Of a stretch of DNA of 64,000 nucleotides, positions 53,024 to 62,532 are shown in pieces; within the stretch, counting starts at the first letter, position 1, and the number at the start of each line of letters is the position of its first letter. Under the pieces are notes generated by a model. It saw nothing but the letters and a program-made list of their open reading frames with translations, was not told the origin of the DNA and made no database searches. The position numbers and the translations under genes were made by a program. The DNA is taken from the NCBI GenBank assembly GCA_964385465.1, contig CAYLPJ010000011.1, forward strand, positions 185-64,184, in the 5' to 3' direction. The stretch comes from an uncultured Planctomycetaceae bacterium. Its GTDB lineage: Bacteria > Planctomycetota > Phycisphaerae > SM23-33.

Positions 53024-55312
53024 ATGGCCGAGATCGACGATTACGGGCGATTCGATGACGAGGCGGGATGTTTTGAACTTCGGCACGAGCCGCCGCGGAA
53101 GTGGGTGAACCTGCACACCAGCCGGATCGGGGAGCACGAAGTCTATGCCGAGATCACCAACATCGGCGACGGCCATACGTGGGTCCGCGACGGCGAAGGC
53201 CGCAAGTGCGTCCTGGTCGGCTACGATGCCAAGGCCCTGTTCGTCCGCGACGAGGACACCGGCGAGGCATTCTGCCCGTGGGGGGCCCCGGCGCCGCGGG
53301 CCGTCGAGGACCGCGTCTGCCGGTACCACGCGGGCAAGACCGAGACGGCCGGCACGTGCGACCGGCTGCGGGTCACGCACAGGGTTTTCGTCCCGGCCGA
53401 CGTGGTCGCCGAGGCGTGGACGGCCACGATCGAGAACCTGGCCGACCGCCCGCGGCGCGTGAGCGTGTTCGCCTACGCGGTGTTCCAGCTCACCGGCTGC
53501 GACGCCGAAGGCCGGGGCATCGGCAAGGACAACTACGCCGAGGTGCACCCGGAGATCTGCGGCGTGCTGGTGACCAACCGGAACGTTTTCGTGCCCACCG
53601 ACCGCTATCACGGCTACCTGGTGACACTCCAGGCACAAGCGTACCGGGGCGGCAGCGGCTACCGAGACAACGTCACCCGCAGCGAATTCTGCCTGTCCAC
53701 TCCGAAGCTGCTGTGGGGCTGGGACGCCGACAATGCGCCCGGCTTCGGACCCGACTGCTGCGGGCTGGTGCAGGTAACGCTCGACGTGCCCCCCGCCGGG
53801 CGGGCGCGGGCGGACTTCCTGCTCGGCCAGGCCACGGGCGTCGAGGAGGTCGCCGCCATCCGGCAGAGGGTCACCCCCGACGCCCTCGACGCGATGTGCG
53901 ACGTGCAGGTCGCCTTCGAGCGCAGGCGGAGCGAGGCCTTCGGCGTCCGCACCGGCCATCGCAACGCCGACGCGATGATGAACCATTTCGTCAAGAAGCA
54001 GCTCACGAGCTACCTGATCAACAAGAGCGGCTTCCGCGACAACCTCCAGGTGGACAACGCGATCTGCCTGTTTGACCCCCCGACGGCCGAGGCGAACCTG
54101 CTGCGGGCGCTGGCGTCGCAGTGGCCGAACGGCTCGGCGCCGCACGGCTTCCGCCCGCTGAACCGCCTCCAGTACGCCGACAAGCCGGCGTGGATCATGC
54201 TTGCAGTGCCCGGGCTCGTCGAGGAGACCGGCGACCTGACGCTGCTGGACCGCGACGTGCCGTTCTTCGAGAGCGACGAGACGGGCACGGTCTGGGAGCA
54301 CATGCTGCGGGCCATGCGGTTCCTCGCCGGCGACCTCGGCGCCCACGGGCTGTGCAACCAGCACCACGCCGATTGGAACGACGGGCTCGAGGCCACCGCC
54401 GAGGCCGGCGAGCGCGAGAGCGTCATGGTCACCCAGCAGCTCTGCTTCGGCCTGCGGCGCGTGGCGGCCCTGGCCGAGGCGCGCGCGGACGCCGGCGTCG
54501 CCGACGAGGCCCGCCAGCGATACGCCGAGTTCGCCAAGCGGCTCAACGACGTCGCCTGGGACGGGCGGTGGTACGTGCGGACCCTCTGCGGCGACGGCTA
54601 CCGCATCGGCTCGGCCGAGAACGACGAGGGCAAGATCTTCCTCAACACCCAGAGCTGGGCCGTGCTGAGCGGCACCGCCCCGGCCGAGCGGGCGGCGGCG
54701 TGCATGAAGGCCGTCGACGAGTTGCTGACCGAGGATGTCGGTTACCGCATCTGCTTCCCGCCGTTCAGCGAGTACGACCCTCGCGTGGGACGGATGAGCA
54801 ACTCCATGCCCGGGCACGTGGAGAACGGCGGCTGCTACTGCCATGCCGCCGGCTTCAAGGGCGTGGCGGACTGCATCCTCGGCCGGGCTGAGAAGGCCTG
54901 GGAGACCTTCGTCCGCACCGTGCCCGACAGCCCCGAGAACCCCGTCAGCCAGTCGCTGGCCGAGCCGTTCAGCTTCACGAATTCCTACTCCACCGTCCCG
55001 TGGGCGTACGGGCGCAGCGGGTACCCCTGGCGGACGGGCACGGCCGGGTGGTTCACGGTGCTGCTGGTCGAGCACATTCTCGGCGCCCGCAGGGGGCTGG
55101 GCGGGCTGGTAATGGACCCGTGCCTGCCGGCGTCGATCCCGTCGGCGCACGTGCGTCGGACGTTCCGCGGCGCGGTCTACGAGATCGACCTGGACAACAC
55201 GGCCAGGCGCTGCAAGGGTGCGACGGCGGTCTCCTGCGACGGCTCGCCCGTCGAGGGCAACGTCCTGCCGCTCTTCGACGGCGGAACGCACGAGGTGAAG
55301 GTGGTGATCTGA
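53024..55312 (+). CDS. Second, divergent GH94-like glycoside phosphorylase
   Basis: Start ATG 53024. YGRFDDEAGCFELRHEPPRKWVNLH, the block HHADWNDGLEA, and a C-terminal architecture colinear with the upstream paralog. Confidence 0.85.
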   Translation: MAEIDDYGRFDDEAGCFELRHEPPRKWVNLHTSRIGEHEVYAEITNIGDGHTWVRDGEGRKCVLVGYDAKALFVRDEDTGEAFCPWGAPAPRAVEDRVCRYHAGKTETAGTCDRLRVTHRVFVPADVVAEAWTATIENLADRPRRVSVFAYAVFQLTGCDAEGRGIGKDNYAEVHPEICGVLVTNRNVFVPTDRYHGYLVTLQAQAYRGGSGYRDNVTRSEFCLSTPKLLWGWDADNAPGFGPDCCGLVQVTLDVPPAGRARADFLLGQATGVEEVAAIRQRVTPDALDAMCDVQVAFERRRSEAFGVRTGHRNADAMMNHFVKKQLTSYLINKSGFRDNLQVDNAICLFDPPTAEANLLRALASQWPNGSAPHGFRPLNRLQYADKPAWIMLAVPGLVEETGDLTLLDRDVPFFESDETGTVWEHMLRAMRFLAGDLGAHGLCNQHHADWNDGLEATAEAGERESVMVTQQLCFGLRRVAALAEARADAGVADEARQRYAEFAKRLNDVAWDGRWYVRTLCGDGYRIGSAENDEGKIFLNTQSWAVLSGTAPAERAAACMKAVDELLTEDVGYRICFPPFSEYDPRVGRMSNSMPGHVENGGCYCHAAGFKGVADCILGRAEKAWETFVRTVPDSPENPVSQSLAEPFSFTNSYSTVPWAYGRSGYPWRTGTAGWFTVLLVEHILGARRGLGGLVMDPCLPASIPSAHVRRTFRGAVYEIDLDNTARRCKGATAVSCDGSPVEGNVLPLFDGGTHEVKVVI

Positions 55313-55337
55313 CGCCGCCGGGAAAGGACCAGGCCCC

Positions 55338-57869
55338 ATGGCGATTCGTGACGTGATGCATCGGGACCACCGGCCGCGAAGCGGCGTGGCGCTGGGCGGG
55401 ATCGGCACCGGGTCGGTGGAGCTGCGCAAGGACGGCATCTTCCGCAACGTCTGGCTGTTCAACAACGAGCCGTACGGCACGGGCCCGGCGCTGACCTGGC
55501 CGGAGGACTCCATGCTGTTCTTCCTGGTCCGCTACCGCGTGGCCGGGCAGACCCCGCGGCTGAAGCTGCTCCAGATCGGCGACGGCATCCACGCCGGGGC
55601 CATCGAGTGCCCGCACTACATCTTCCCGTGGCTGACGTGCGTGGACCGCATCGACTACGAGGCCGCGTACCCCCACGCCCGGCTGACCTTCGCCGACGCG
55701 GACATGCCGCTGAACGTCGAGCTGGACGCCTGGTCGCCGTTCATCCCCCACGACGTGGACGCCAGCAGCATCCCGGCGGTGTTCTTCAACATCCGCGTCC
55801 GCTCGCGCACCAGCCGTCGCGTGGACGTGATGCTGCTGGCCTCCATGCGGAACGCCTGCGGCTACGACCGTGCCGAAAAGCTCTACACCACCGACATCCT
55901 CGACGCCGGCGCCGGCTGCGGCGTGCAGATGTCCTGCGAGGGCATGGACACCGCCGCATCGAGCTGGGGCACGCAGGTGCTGGCCTCGCTGGGGCGCGGC
56001 TCGACCTACTACGCCGGCTGGGAGCACCTCCACCCCTACTACCAGGTCGTCCTGGACAGCGACCGCCTCCCCGACGTCGACGACACCGACGGGCGGAACA
56101 TCCTCGACAAGGCCACCGGCAAGCGGCGGGCGATGGCGCGGCTGTTCAGCACGGTGGCGGCCAGCAAGCGCCTGACCCGCCGCGGCGCGGGGATGGAAAC
56201 CACGTTCCTGATGACTTGGCATTTCCCGAACCTCTACGCCAGCGGCGCCGCCGAGCAGCGCAGCGGCGGCCGGGCCGCCGCCAAGCCGCGCCTGGAAGGC
56301 CACGACTACGCCAACCGCTTCGCCGACGCCGCCGGGGTCATGCGCCACGCCGCCGCCAACCGCCGTGACCTGCGCGCCCGGACCGACGGCTTCCTGGCAG
56401 ACTACTTCGACTCCACGCTGCCGACCTCCGTCCTCGAGCAGGTCCACTCCCACCTCAACACCTTCGCCACCAGCAGTTGGCTGACCAGAGACCGCAACTT
56501 CGGCATCCAGGAGGGCATGCTCCCGGACGCCAAACGCGGGCCGCTGGCGACCATCGACGTCGGCATGTACGGCAGCGTCGCCACGGCCGCGCTGTTCCCC
56601 GAGCTCGACAAGCAGATGATTCGCGCCCACCAGCGGCTGCGGAACGCCGAGACCGGCAGCATCTGCCACGGCATCGACCGGGACTTCACCACCCACGACG
56701 TCCGCGAGGCCGTCACCGAGCGGCTGGACCTGCCCAGCCAGTACGTGCTGATGGCCCTGCGGGGGTACTTCTGGACCGGCGACGAGGACTACCTCCGCGA
56801 GGTCTGGCCCTCGGTGACCGCGGCGCTGGAGTACGTCCTTCGCGACCGCGACGCCAACGGCGACCTCCTGCCCGACATGGAGGGCGTCATGTGCACCTAC
56901 GACAACTTCCCCATGTACGGGGCCGCCGCGTTCATCGGGTCGCTCTGGCTGGCGGCGCTGGCCTATGCGGCCGAGGCGGCGAAGGCGGTCGGCGACGGCG
57001 CCGCGGCCGAACGGTACGCGGACATCCGCCGCAAGGCCACGCCGGTGTTCGAGGCGAAGCTGTGGAACGGCGACTACTACCGGTTGTGGAACGACGAAGG
57101 CGGCGAGGTCGGCGGCGTGGACGAGGGCTGCCTGACCGACCAGTTGATGGGCCAATGGGCGATGCACTTCGTCGGGCTGGGTGACGTCGTCCGCCCTTCG
57201 CGGGTGCGCAAGGCGCTGCGGTCGATCCTGCGGATGAGCTTCAAGCCCTGGGGGCTGGTCAACTGCCGCTGGCCCGGCGAGACGTTCCTCCACCCCGTCG
57301 AGGACTCCTGCTGGGTGGACCAGGCCAACACGTGCTGGACCGGCGTGGAGCTGGAGTTCGCCTCGCTGCTGATCTACGAGGGCCTCGTCCGCGAGGGCCT
57401 GGCCGTGGTCGAGAACGTCGACGCCCGCTACCGCAAGGCCGGGCTGTACTGGGACCACCAGGAGTTCGGCGGGCACTACTACCGCCCGATGAGCTCGTGG
57501 GCGATCCTCCAGGCCCTCGCCGGGCAGAGCATCGCCGCCGGGCGGTTCACCTTCGACCCCCGCCTCGACGAGCCCGACCAGAAGCTGCTGTTCACCTTCG
57601 ACGGCGGGTGGGGGCACTACGTCCGCAAGGCCGGCAAGGACCGCGAAACCGTCGAGCTCGCGGTCCGAAGCGGGCGGCTGCGCTGCGGGGAGCTGGCGCT
57701 CGGCCTGGCCGGTGCCGCGGCGGGGCGCGTCCGTGTGCGAGCGAGGGGCAAGGCGATGAAGCGCGCCCGCTACGACACGGCCGAATGCGACGGCAGGCTG
57801 CTGGTGCGCTTCCGGCGGCCGGTGAGCGTGGCGGCAGGCAGATCGCTACGGGTGACGGTCTCGCGGTAG
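55338..57869 (+). CDS. GH116 family beta-glucosidase (GBA2-type)
   Basis: N-terminal GVALGGIGTGSVELRKDGIFRNVWLFNN, then a DUF608-like (alpha/alpha)6 catalytic half. Cytoplasmic (no signal peptide). Confidence 0.85.
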   Translation: MAIRDVMHRDHRPRSGVALGGIGTGSVELRKDGIFRNVWLFNNEPYGTGPALTWPEDSMLFFLVRYRVAGQTPRLKLLQIGDGIHAGAIECPHYIFPWLTCVDRIDYEAAYPHARLTFADADMPLNVELDAWSPFIPHDVDASSIPAVFFNIRVRSRTSRRVDVMLLASMRNACGYDRAEKLYTTDILDAGAGCGVQMSCEGMDTAASSWGTQVLASLGRGSTYYAGWEHLHPYYQVVLDSDRLPDVDDTDGRNILDKATGKRRAMARLFSTVAASKRLTRRGAGMETTFLMTWHFPNLYASGAAEQRSGGRAAAKPRLEGHDYANRFADAAGVMRHAAANRRDLRARTDGFLADYFDSTLPTSVLEQVHSHLNTFATSSWLTRDRNFGIQEGMLPDAKRGPLATIDVGMYGSVATAALFPELDKQMIRAHQRLRNAETGSICHGIDRDFTTHDVREAVTERLDLPSQYVLMALRGYFWTGDEDYLREVWPSVTAALEYVLRDRDANGDLLPDMEGVMCTYDNFPMYGAAAFIGSLWLAALAYAAEAAKAVGDGAAAERYADIRRKATPVFEAKLWNGDYYRLWNDEGGEVGGVDEGCLTDQLMGQWAMHFVGLGDVVRPSRVRKALRSILRMSFKPWGLVNCRWPGETFLHPVEDSCWVDQANTCWTGVELEFASLLIYEGLVREGLAVVENVDARYRKAGLYWDHQEFGGHYYRPMSSWAILQALAGQSIAAGRFTFDPRLDEPDQKLLFTFDGGWGHYVRKAGKDRETVELAVRSGRLRCGELALGLAGAAAGRVRVRARGKAMKRARYDTAECDGRLLVRFRRPVSVAAGRSLRVTVSR

Positions 57870-57905
57870 GTTCTTCCTTCCCTTGCGGGCGCGCGGGGTG
57901 TATGA

Positions 57906-59330
57906 ATGGAGGGCTCCCGGTGGCGTGGGCTTCCGGGTCTCGCCTCACGCCGCCGGAAAGCCGTCGAGGGCATGGAGAGGAACTTCACCGACAAGCCGTT
58001 CACACCCGCACGCTGGCCGTTCTTCTACGGCTGGGCCGTGCTGGGCTTCGGCACGCTCGGGCTGCTGGCCAGCGCGCCGGGGCAAACCATCGGCGTCTCG
58101 ACGTTCACCGACCACCTGATCGAGGCGCTGGGCCTCAGCCGCGCGGACCTTTCGATGGCCTACATGTTCGGGACCATCGGCAGCTCGCTGCTGCTGGCCC
58201 AAGCGGGGAAGGTCTACGACCGCTTCGGCGCCCGCGTCGTCACGCCGGTCACCTGCGTGCTGCTGGGCGGCGTGCTCGTCGGGCTCAGCCAGTGCGACCG
58301 CATCGCCCGGGGCCTCGCCGCCGCATCGGGCCTCCACGGCGCCACCGTCGCCTTCGCCGTCATGCTCGTGGGCTTTTTCGCCCTGCGTTTCACCGGCCAG
58401 GGAGTCCTGGCCATGACCAGCAGGAACATGGTCCTCAAGTGGTTCGAGCGCCACCGCGGCCTCGCCGTGGGCATCAGCGGCGTGTTCGTCTCCCTGGGCT
58501 TCTCGATGACGCCACGGCTCTTCGACGCCATGATCGAGGCCTGGTCCTGGCGCGGGGCCTGGCTGGCGGCCGCGGGGGGCATCGGCGTGGGCGTCGCGGC
58601 CGTGGCGGTGATCTTCTTCCGCGACGAGCCGGAGGCCTGCGGCCTGCTGCCCGACGGCGATGCCCCGCCCGAGCCCGGCGACGGCGGCGGGGACGGCCCG
58701 CAGGTTCACCCCCTCCGCCAGTTCACGCTCCCCGAGGCGCGGCGGTGCTTCGGGTTCTGGGCCTTCGCCCTGGCCATCGCCATCTTCGGGCTCTTCGTCA
58801 CCGGGCTGATGTTCCACGTCGAGAGCATCTTCCGCGAGGCCGGCATGAGCAAGGCCGTCGCGCTGAGCATCTTCCTGCCCACCTCGCTGACCAGCGTCTC
58901 GGTCCGCCTGATCGCCGGATGGATCAGCGACCACATCCGCCTGAAGTACCTGCTGATCGTCCAGTTGCTCGGCCTGGCCTGCGGGATGGTGGGATTCATC
59001 TACCTCTCGGCCGGGTGGACGCGGTGGCTGATCGTCGCCGGGGACGGCGTCTGCGTGGCCATGGTCGGCCTGCTCAGCGGCGTGGTCTGGCCGCGGTTCT
59101 TCGGGCGAAAGCACCTCGGGGCCATCAGCGGAATGGCGATGTCGCTGACGGTCTTCGCCAGCGCCATCGGCCCGTTCCTCTTCGCCCAGAGCCTCCGCTG
59201 GACCGGCTCCTACCGCCCCGCAGGCTGGACCTGCCTGGCCGTCGTCGCCCCCCTCCTCATCGCCGCCTGGTGGGCCAACAACCCCCAACACAAGAAGCCC
59301 GACACCCCGCAGGACGAAAGGGCCGGATGA
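57906..59330 (+). CDS. MFS transporter
   Basis: 12-TM pattern. The start is either ATG 57906 or ATG 57972 (MERNFTDKPF...); neither has a good Shine-Dalgarno. Confidence 0.85.
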   Translation: MEGSRWRGLPGLASRRRKAVEGMERNFTDKPFTPARWPFFYGWAVLGFGTLGLLASAPGQTIGVSTFTDHLIEALGLSRADLSMAYMFGTIGSSLLLAQAGKVYDRFGARVVTPVTCVLLGGVLVGLSQCDRIARGLAAASGLHGATVAFAVMLVGFFALRFTGQGVLAMTSRNMVLKWFERHRGLAVGISGVFVSLGFSMTPRLFDAMIEAWSWRGAWLAAAGGIGVGVAAVAVIFFRDEPEACGLLPDGDAPPEPGDGGGDGPQVHPLRQFTLPEARRCFGFWAFALAIAIFGLFVTGLMFHVESIFREAGMSKAVALSIFLPTSLTSVSVRLIAGWISDHIRLKYLLIVQLLGLACGMVGFIYLSAGWTRWLIVAGDGVCVAMVGLLSGVVWPRFFGRKHLGAISGMAMSLTVFASAIGPFLFAQSLRWTGSYRPAGWTCLAVVAPLLIAAWWANNPQHKKPDTPQDERAG

Positions 59331-59798
59331 CCGGCAGATCGCCCCCCCGGCCAGCCCCCACCAGACGCCTCTGGACAAAGAACCAGGCCCCCGGGGAGCG
59401 CCGGAGGCCTGGCTGGGAGAGAAAGCGTGTTGGGCATGCACAGGCAAGCATGCGGACACGCACAGGCACGTTGTCAGAGCAGACGCGCTCGGCCGGCCGG
59501 CGGCCCGGGGCTGCACCCCAAGCACCACAGAGCGCCTCCCGCTGTCGCGGCGGAAGAGGCCCGATCCCAAACCCGGGCTTCGCGGAAGAACCCTCGCTGT
59601 CTCCGGCGACATCTGCTGTCATGTTCGAGGCCGGCGGGCCGTCCCGCCCTGCCTCAGGCTCACGGGAGACCCTACCGACCGATGGTTAAGCCCGCGTGAG
59701 CCCCGGCGGAAGAACCGGATAAGATCAACTCCTGCAATAGCTTATGCGGAAATCCCCTTACGTGCGATCAGAGGATGCCCGCACGACCTCGCAATCCC

Positions 59799-61280
59799 TT
59801 ACGGCAGCAGCAGGTCGGCGACGTCCTCTCGCCCGGCGGCGGCGCGCAGCAGGTCCAGGTGCGGCTGAAACAGGCCCGACTCCCAACTCAGATGGGCATC
59901 GGAGCCGAAGGCGATCTTCACCCCGCGGCGGACGCACTCGGCGAAGAATGCCGGGTCCGGGGCGTTGATGTGGAAGTTGACCTCGGCAGCGGTGTTGGTC
60001 TCGGCCAGCAGATCAGCCAGTTCGGCGTGCAGGGCGGTGGGGATCGGCCTGGGATGCGTCCGCGAACGGAAGACGCGGAACGGATGGGCGAGCACGTCCA
60101 CGCCGGCGGCGCAGATGCGGCGGTTGGCGCGGAGGAAGGCGTCGGCGAAGGCCGCGTCGCTCGCGTTCGAGACGTCCTCGGGCAGCCAGTGGATGGCCCC
60201 GAGGATGCGGTCGGCCCACTCGCGGTCGGCGTCGTGGAGGGTCAGGTTCCCCTCGGCGTCGAGTTCGACCTCCAGGGCGGCGCGGACGAATGCGTCGCGC
60301 AGCGGCCCGACCAGCCGGCGGAACGCGGGCATCCGGGCGTTCTCGGCCCGGCGCCACAGCGACGGCTCGAAGACATGGCGCCCCTCCCAGAACGCCGCGG
60401 CGGGGCAGTACAGTTGCGGGGCATGTTCGGCGAGCACGACGCCGGCGAGGTTCAGCCGGCGGGCGCGGTCGATCTGACCCCCGGCCGAAACGTCCGTCCC
60501 GCAGTAGGCGAACTCCGTATGGGCGTGCGTGTCGACCACTCCGGCGCCGTCGGGCAGGGCGAGCGGGCGTGTCTCGACGCGGACGTCGCGGCCGTCGAGG
60601 GTGACCATCGCATAGCGGAACGGCGGATCGCGCAGGGCCGGGCCGGTGAAGTAGCTCACGCCGTCGCGGACGTTCAACGGCTGGCCTCGATGGTAATGCC
60701 CGCTGATCGACAGCAGCACGCCGGCGCGGGAGTAGTCGTCGAGCACCGCCTCGCGGTTGGTGAGCATGAAGGGGTACTCATCGTCGATCGGGGGGTTCAT
60801 CGGGTTGTGCTGGAGGACGACGAGCGGCCCGGCGGTCGCGCCGGCGGCATTGGCGAGCAGGCGCCGGTCGGCCTCGCGGCGGGTGGCGGTGCGGTCGGGG
60901 TGGAAGACGTCGTCGAAGGCGACGAAGCGGTAGCCGCAGACCTCGGTCAACCCGGCGCGGAAATCGAAGGCGTCGAACGCCAGGCCGTCGGCGTTGTCGT
61001 GATTGCCTCCGGCGAGCAGAACAGGCTTGCCGCCCGCGGCGTCGTCGACGGCGCGGCGGAGGTCGGCCAGGTCGGCGGCGGCGTGGGGCGCGGCGGCGTC
61101 TTCGATCAGGTCGCCCATCAGCGCGACGGCGTCGAAGCCGCCGCGGAGCTGCGCGTCGGCCAAGGCGCGGCGGAGCATCTCCGCGCCGAGCGTCGGCGCG
61201 GCCGCGTTGTCGGCCCGGGCGTCGGCCTCGGGCGAGCGGGAGTCGTAGTGCACATCGGCGATGACCAGCAGGCGAAGCAC
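59799..61280 (-). CDS. Fusion protein: calcineurin-like metallophosphoesterase domain plus PHP-domain phosphoesterase
   Basis: MPE motifs: VIADVHYD, MGDLIED, GGNHD, GHYH. PHP motifs: VVDTHAHTEF ... AHP ... GSDAH. The GTG at 61280 behind GGAGGA is preferred; the longest ORF start (GTG 61370) would overlap the candidate trpD promoter. Confidence 0.8.
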   Translation of the reverse strand: MLRLLVIADVHYDSRSPEADARADNAAAPTLGAEMLRRALADAQLRGGFDAVALMGDLIEDAAAPHAAADLADLRRAVDDAAGGKPVLLAGGNHDNADGLAFDAFDFRAGLTEVCGYRFVAFDDVFHPDRTATRREADRRLLANAAGATAGPLVVLQHNPMNPPIDDEYPFMLTNREAVLDDYSRAGVLLSISGHYHRGQPLNVRDGVSYFTGPALRDPPFRYAMVTLDGRDVRVETRPLALPDGAGVVDTHAHTEFAYCGTDVSAGGQIDRARRLNLAGVVLAEHAPQLYCPAAAFWEGRHVFEPSLWRRAENARMPAFRRLVGPLRDAFVRAALEVELDAEGNLTLHDADREWADRILGAIHWLPEDVSNASDAAFADAFLRANRRICAAGVDVLAHPFRVFRSRTHPRPIPTALHAELADLLAETNTAAEVNFHINAPDPAFFAECVRRGVKIAFGSDAHLSWESGLFQPHLDLLRAAAGREDVADLLLP

Positions 61281-61302
61281 GGCGAAGTCCTCCGTCGCCG
61301 CG

Positions 61303-61331
61303 TTTGCCCGCGGCGGGAGAGGCACTATAAT
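61303..61331 (+). promoter_or_regulatory. Candidate sigma70 promoter of trpD (TTTGCC-N17-TATAAT)
   Basis: Perfect consensus -10 at 61326-61331 with a properly spaced -35 at 61303-61308, about 160 nt upstream of ATG 61492. Confidence 0.45.
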
Positions 61332-61491
61332 GCCCGCCGCCGGCCTTTGGCCAGCAGGCAGTTCGTCCACGGCCGGCAGTCAGCCGGACGGCCGGAGTGT
61401 CGCGGCGGGCGCCGGGGTCTTCCCGGCCACGGGAAACCCGGGCAGCAGCCACCGGCCGACGCCGACGCATCCGCCCCGAAAGGAGACGACC

Positions 61492-62520
61492 ATGAGCGAC
61501 ACGCTGAAGCCCTCGGACGTGCTGCGAACGGTGATGGCCGGGCAAGACCTCACGCGCGAGCAGACGCACGCCGCCTTCGGGCAGATCATGGCCGGCGAGT
61601 GGGCGCCGGCGCAGATCTCCGCCCTGCTGGTCGCCCTGGCGGTCAAGGGCGAGTGCGTCGAGGAGATCGCCGGGGCGGCCCAGGCGATGCGGGACCACGT
61701 GGTGCCCATCGACACCGCCGGTCTGAGCGTGATCGACACCTGCGGCACCGGCGGGACGGGGCTGAGCACGTTCAACATCTCCACCGCCGCCGCCATGGTC
61801 GCCGCCGGCGCCGGGGCCCACGTGGCCAAGCACGGCAACCGGACGAACACGCGGGCCAGCGGCTCGGCCAACGTGCTGGAGGCGCTGGGGGTGAACCTTG
61901 ACGCCTCGCCGGAGACGGTCTCGGCCTGCCTGGCCGAGGCGGGCGTGTGCTTCTGCTTCGCGATCCACCACCACCCGGCCATGCGCCACGCCGGGCCGGT
62001 GCGCAAGGCGCTCGGCGTGCGGACGGTCTTCAACATCCTTGGCCCGCTGACCAACCCCGCCGGGGCCCGCGGGCAGGTGATGGGCCTGTTCCGCGCGGAC
62101 CTGACCGAGACCATCGCCAACGTCCTGGGCCTGCTGGGCTGCGAGCACGCCCTCGTCGTCCACGCCGCCGACGGGCTCGACGAACTGTCCACCACGGCCG
62201 AAACGAAGATCTCCGAGCTGCGCGGCGGCAAGGTCGTCACGCAGACGGTCCAGCCGGAGGACTTCGACCTCGAGCGGGGGAGCTTCACGGACCTGCTGGT
62301 GGACTCCGCCGAGGAGTCGGCACAGGTTGTGCGGGACGTCCTGGGCGGCAAGAGAGGCCCGGCGCGGGACATCGTGCTGCTCAACGCCGCGGCCGCACTG
62401 TACGTCGCCGGCCTGACCGAGGACATCGCCTCGGCGATCCCCCTGGCCGAGAAGTCCATCGACACCGGCGGCGGCGCCGCCGCGCTGGAGAAGCTCGTCG
62501 CGACGAGTCAGCGTGGGTAG
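61492..62520 (+). CDS. trpD: Anthranilate phosphoribosyltransferase
   Basis: AAAGGAG Shine-Dalgarno. Motifs DTCGTGGTG, KHGNR(T)...SGSA and FNILGPLTNPA. Confidence 0.93.
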   Translation: MSDTLKPSDVLRTVMAGQDLTREQTHAAFGQIMAGEWAPAQISALLVALAVKGECVEEIAGAAQAMRDHVVPIDTAGLSVIDTCGTGGTGLSTFNISTAAAMVAAGAGAHVAKHGNRTNTRASGSANVLEALGVNLDASPETVSACLAEAGVCFCFAIHHHPAMRHAGPVRKALGVRTVFNILGPLTNPAGARGQVMGLFRADLTETIANVLGLLGCEHALVVHAADGLDELSTTAETKISELRGGKVVTQTVQPEDFDLERGSFTDLLVDSAEESAQVVRDVLGGKRGPARDIVLLNAAAALYVAGLTEDIASAIPLAEKSIDTGGGAAALEKLVATSQRG

Positions 62521-62532
62521 AACCCGGCGGCG

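Noticed and set aside
59427-59699. ORFs 59427..59699 (+), 59257..59622 (-) and 59210..59437 (-) in the long convergent spacer, considered as small genes.
   Set aside because: They are Arg/Pro/Gly/Cys-rich, have no Shine-Dalgarno, and resemble nothing I recognise. I treated the region as non-coding.
61332-61491. A Trp-attenuator leader peptide in the trpD leader.
   Set aside because: The only ATG-initiated frame here is in frame with trpD itself, contains a single Trp codon, and has no tandem Trp codons or terminator/antiterminator pair with a U-tract.
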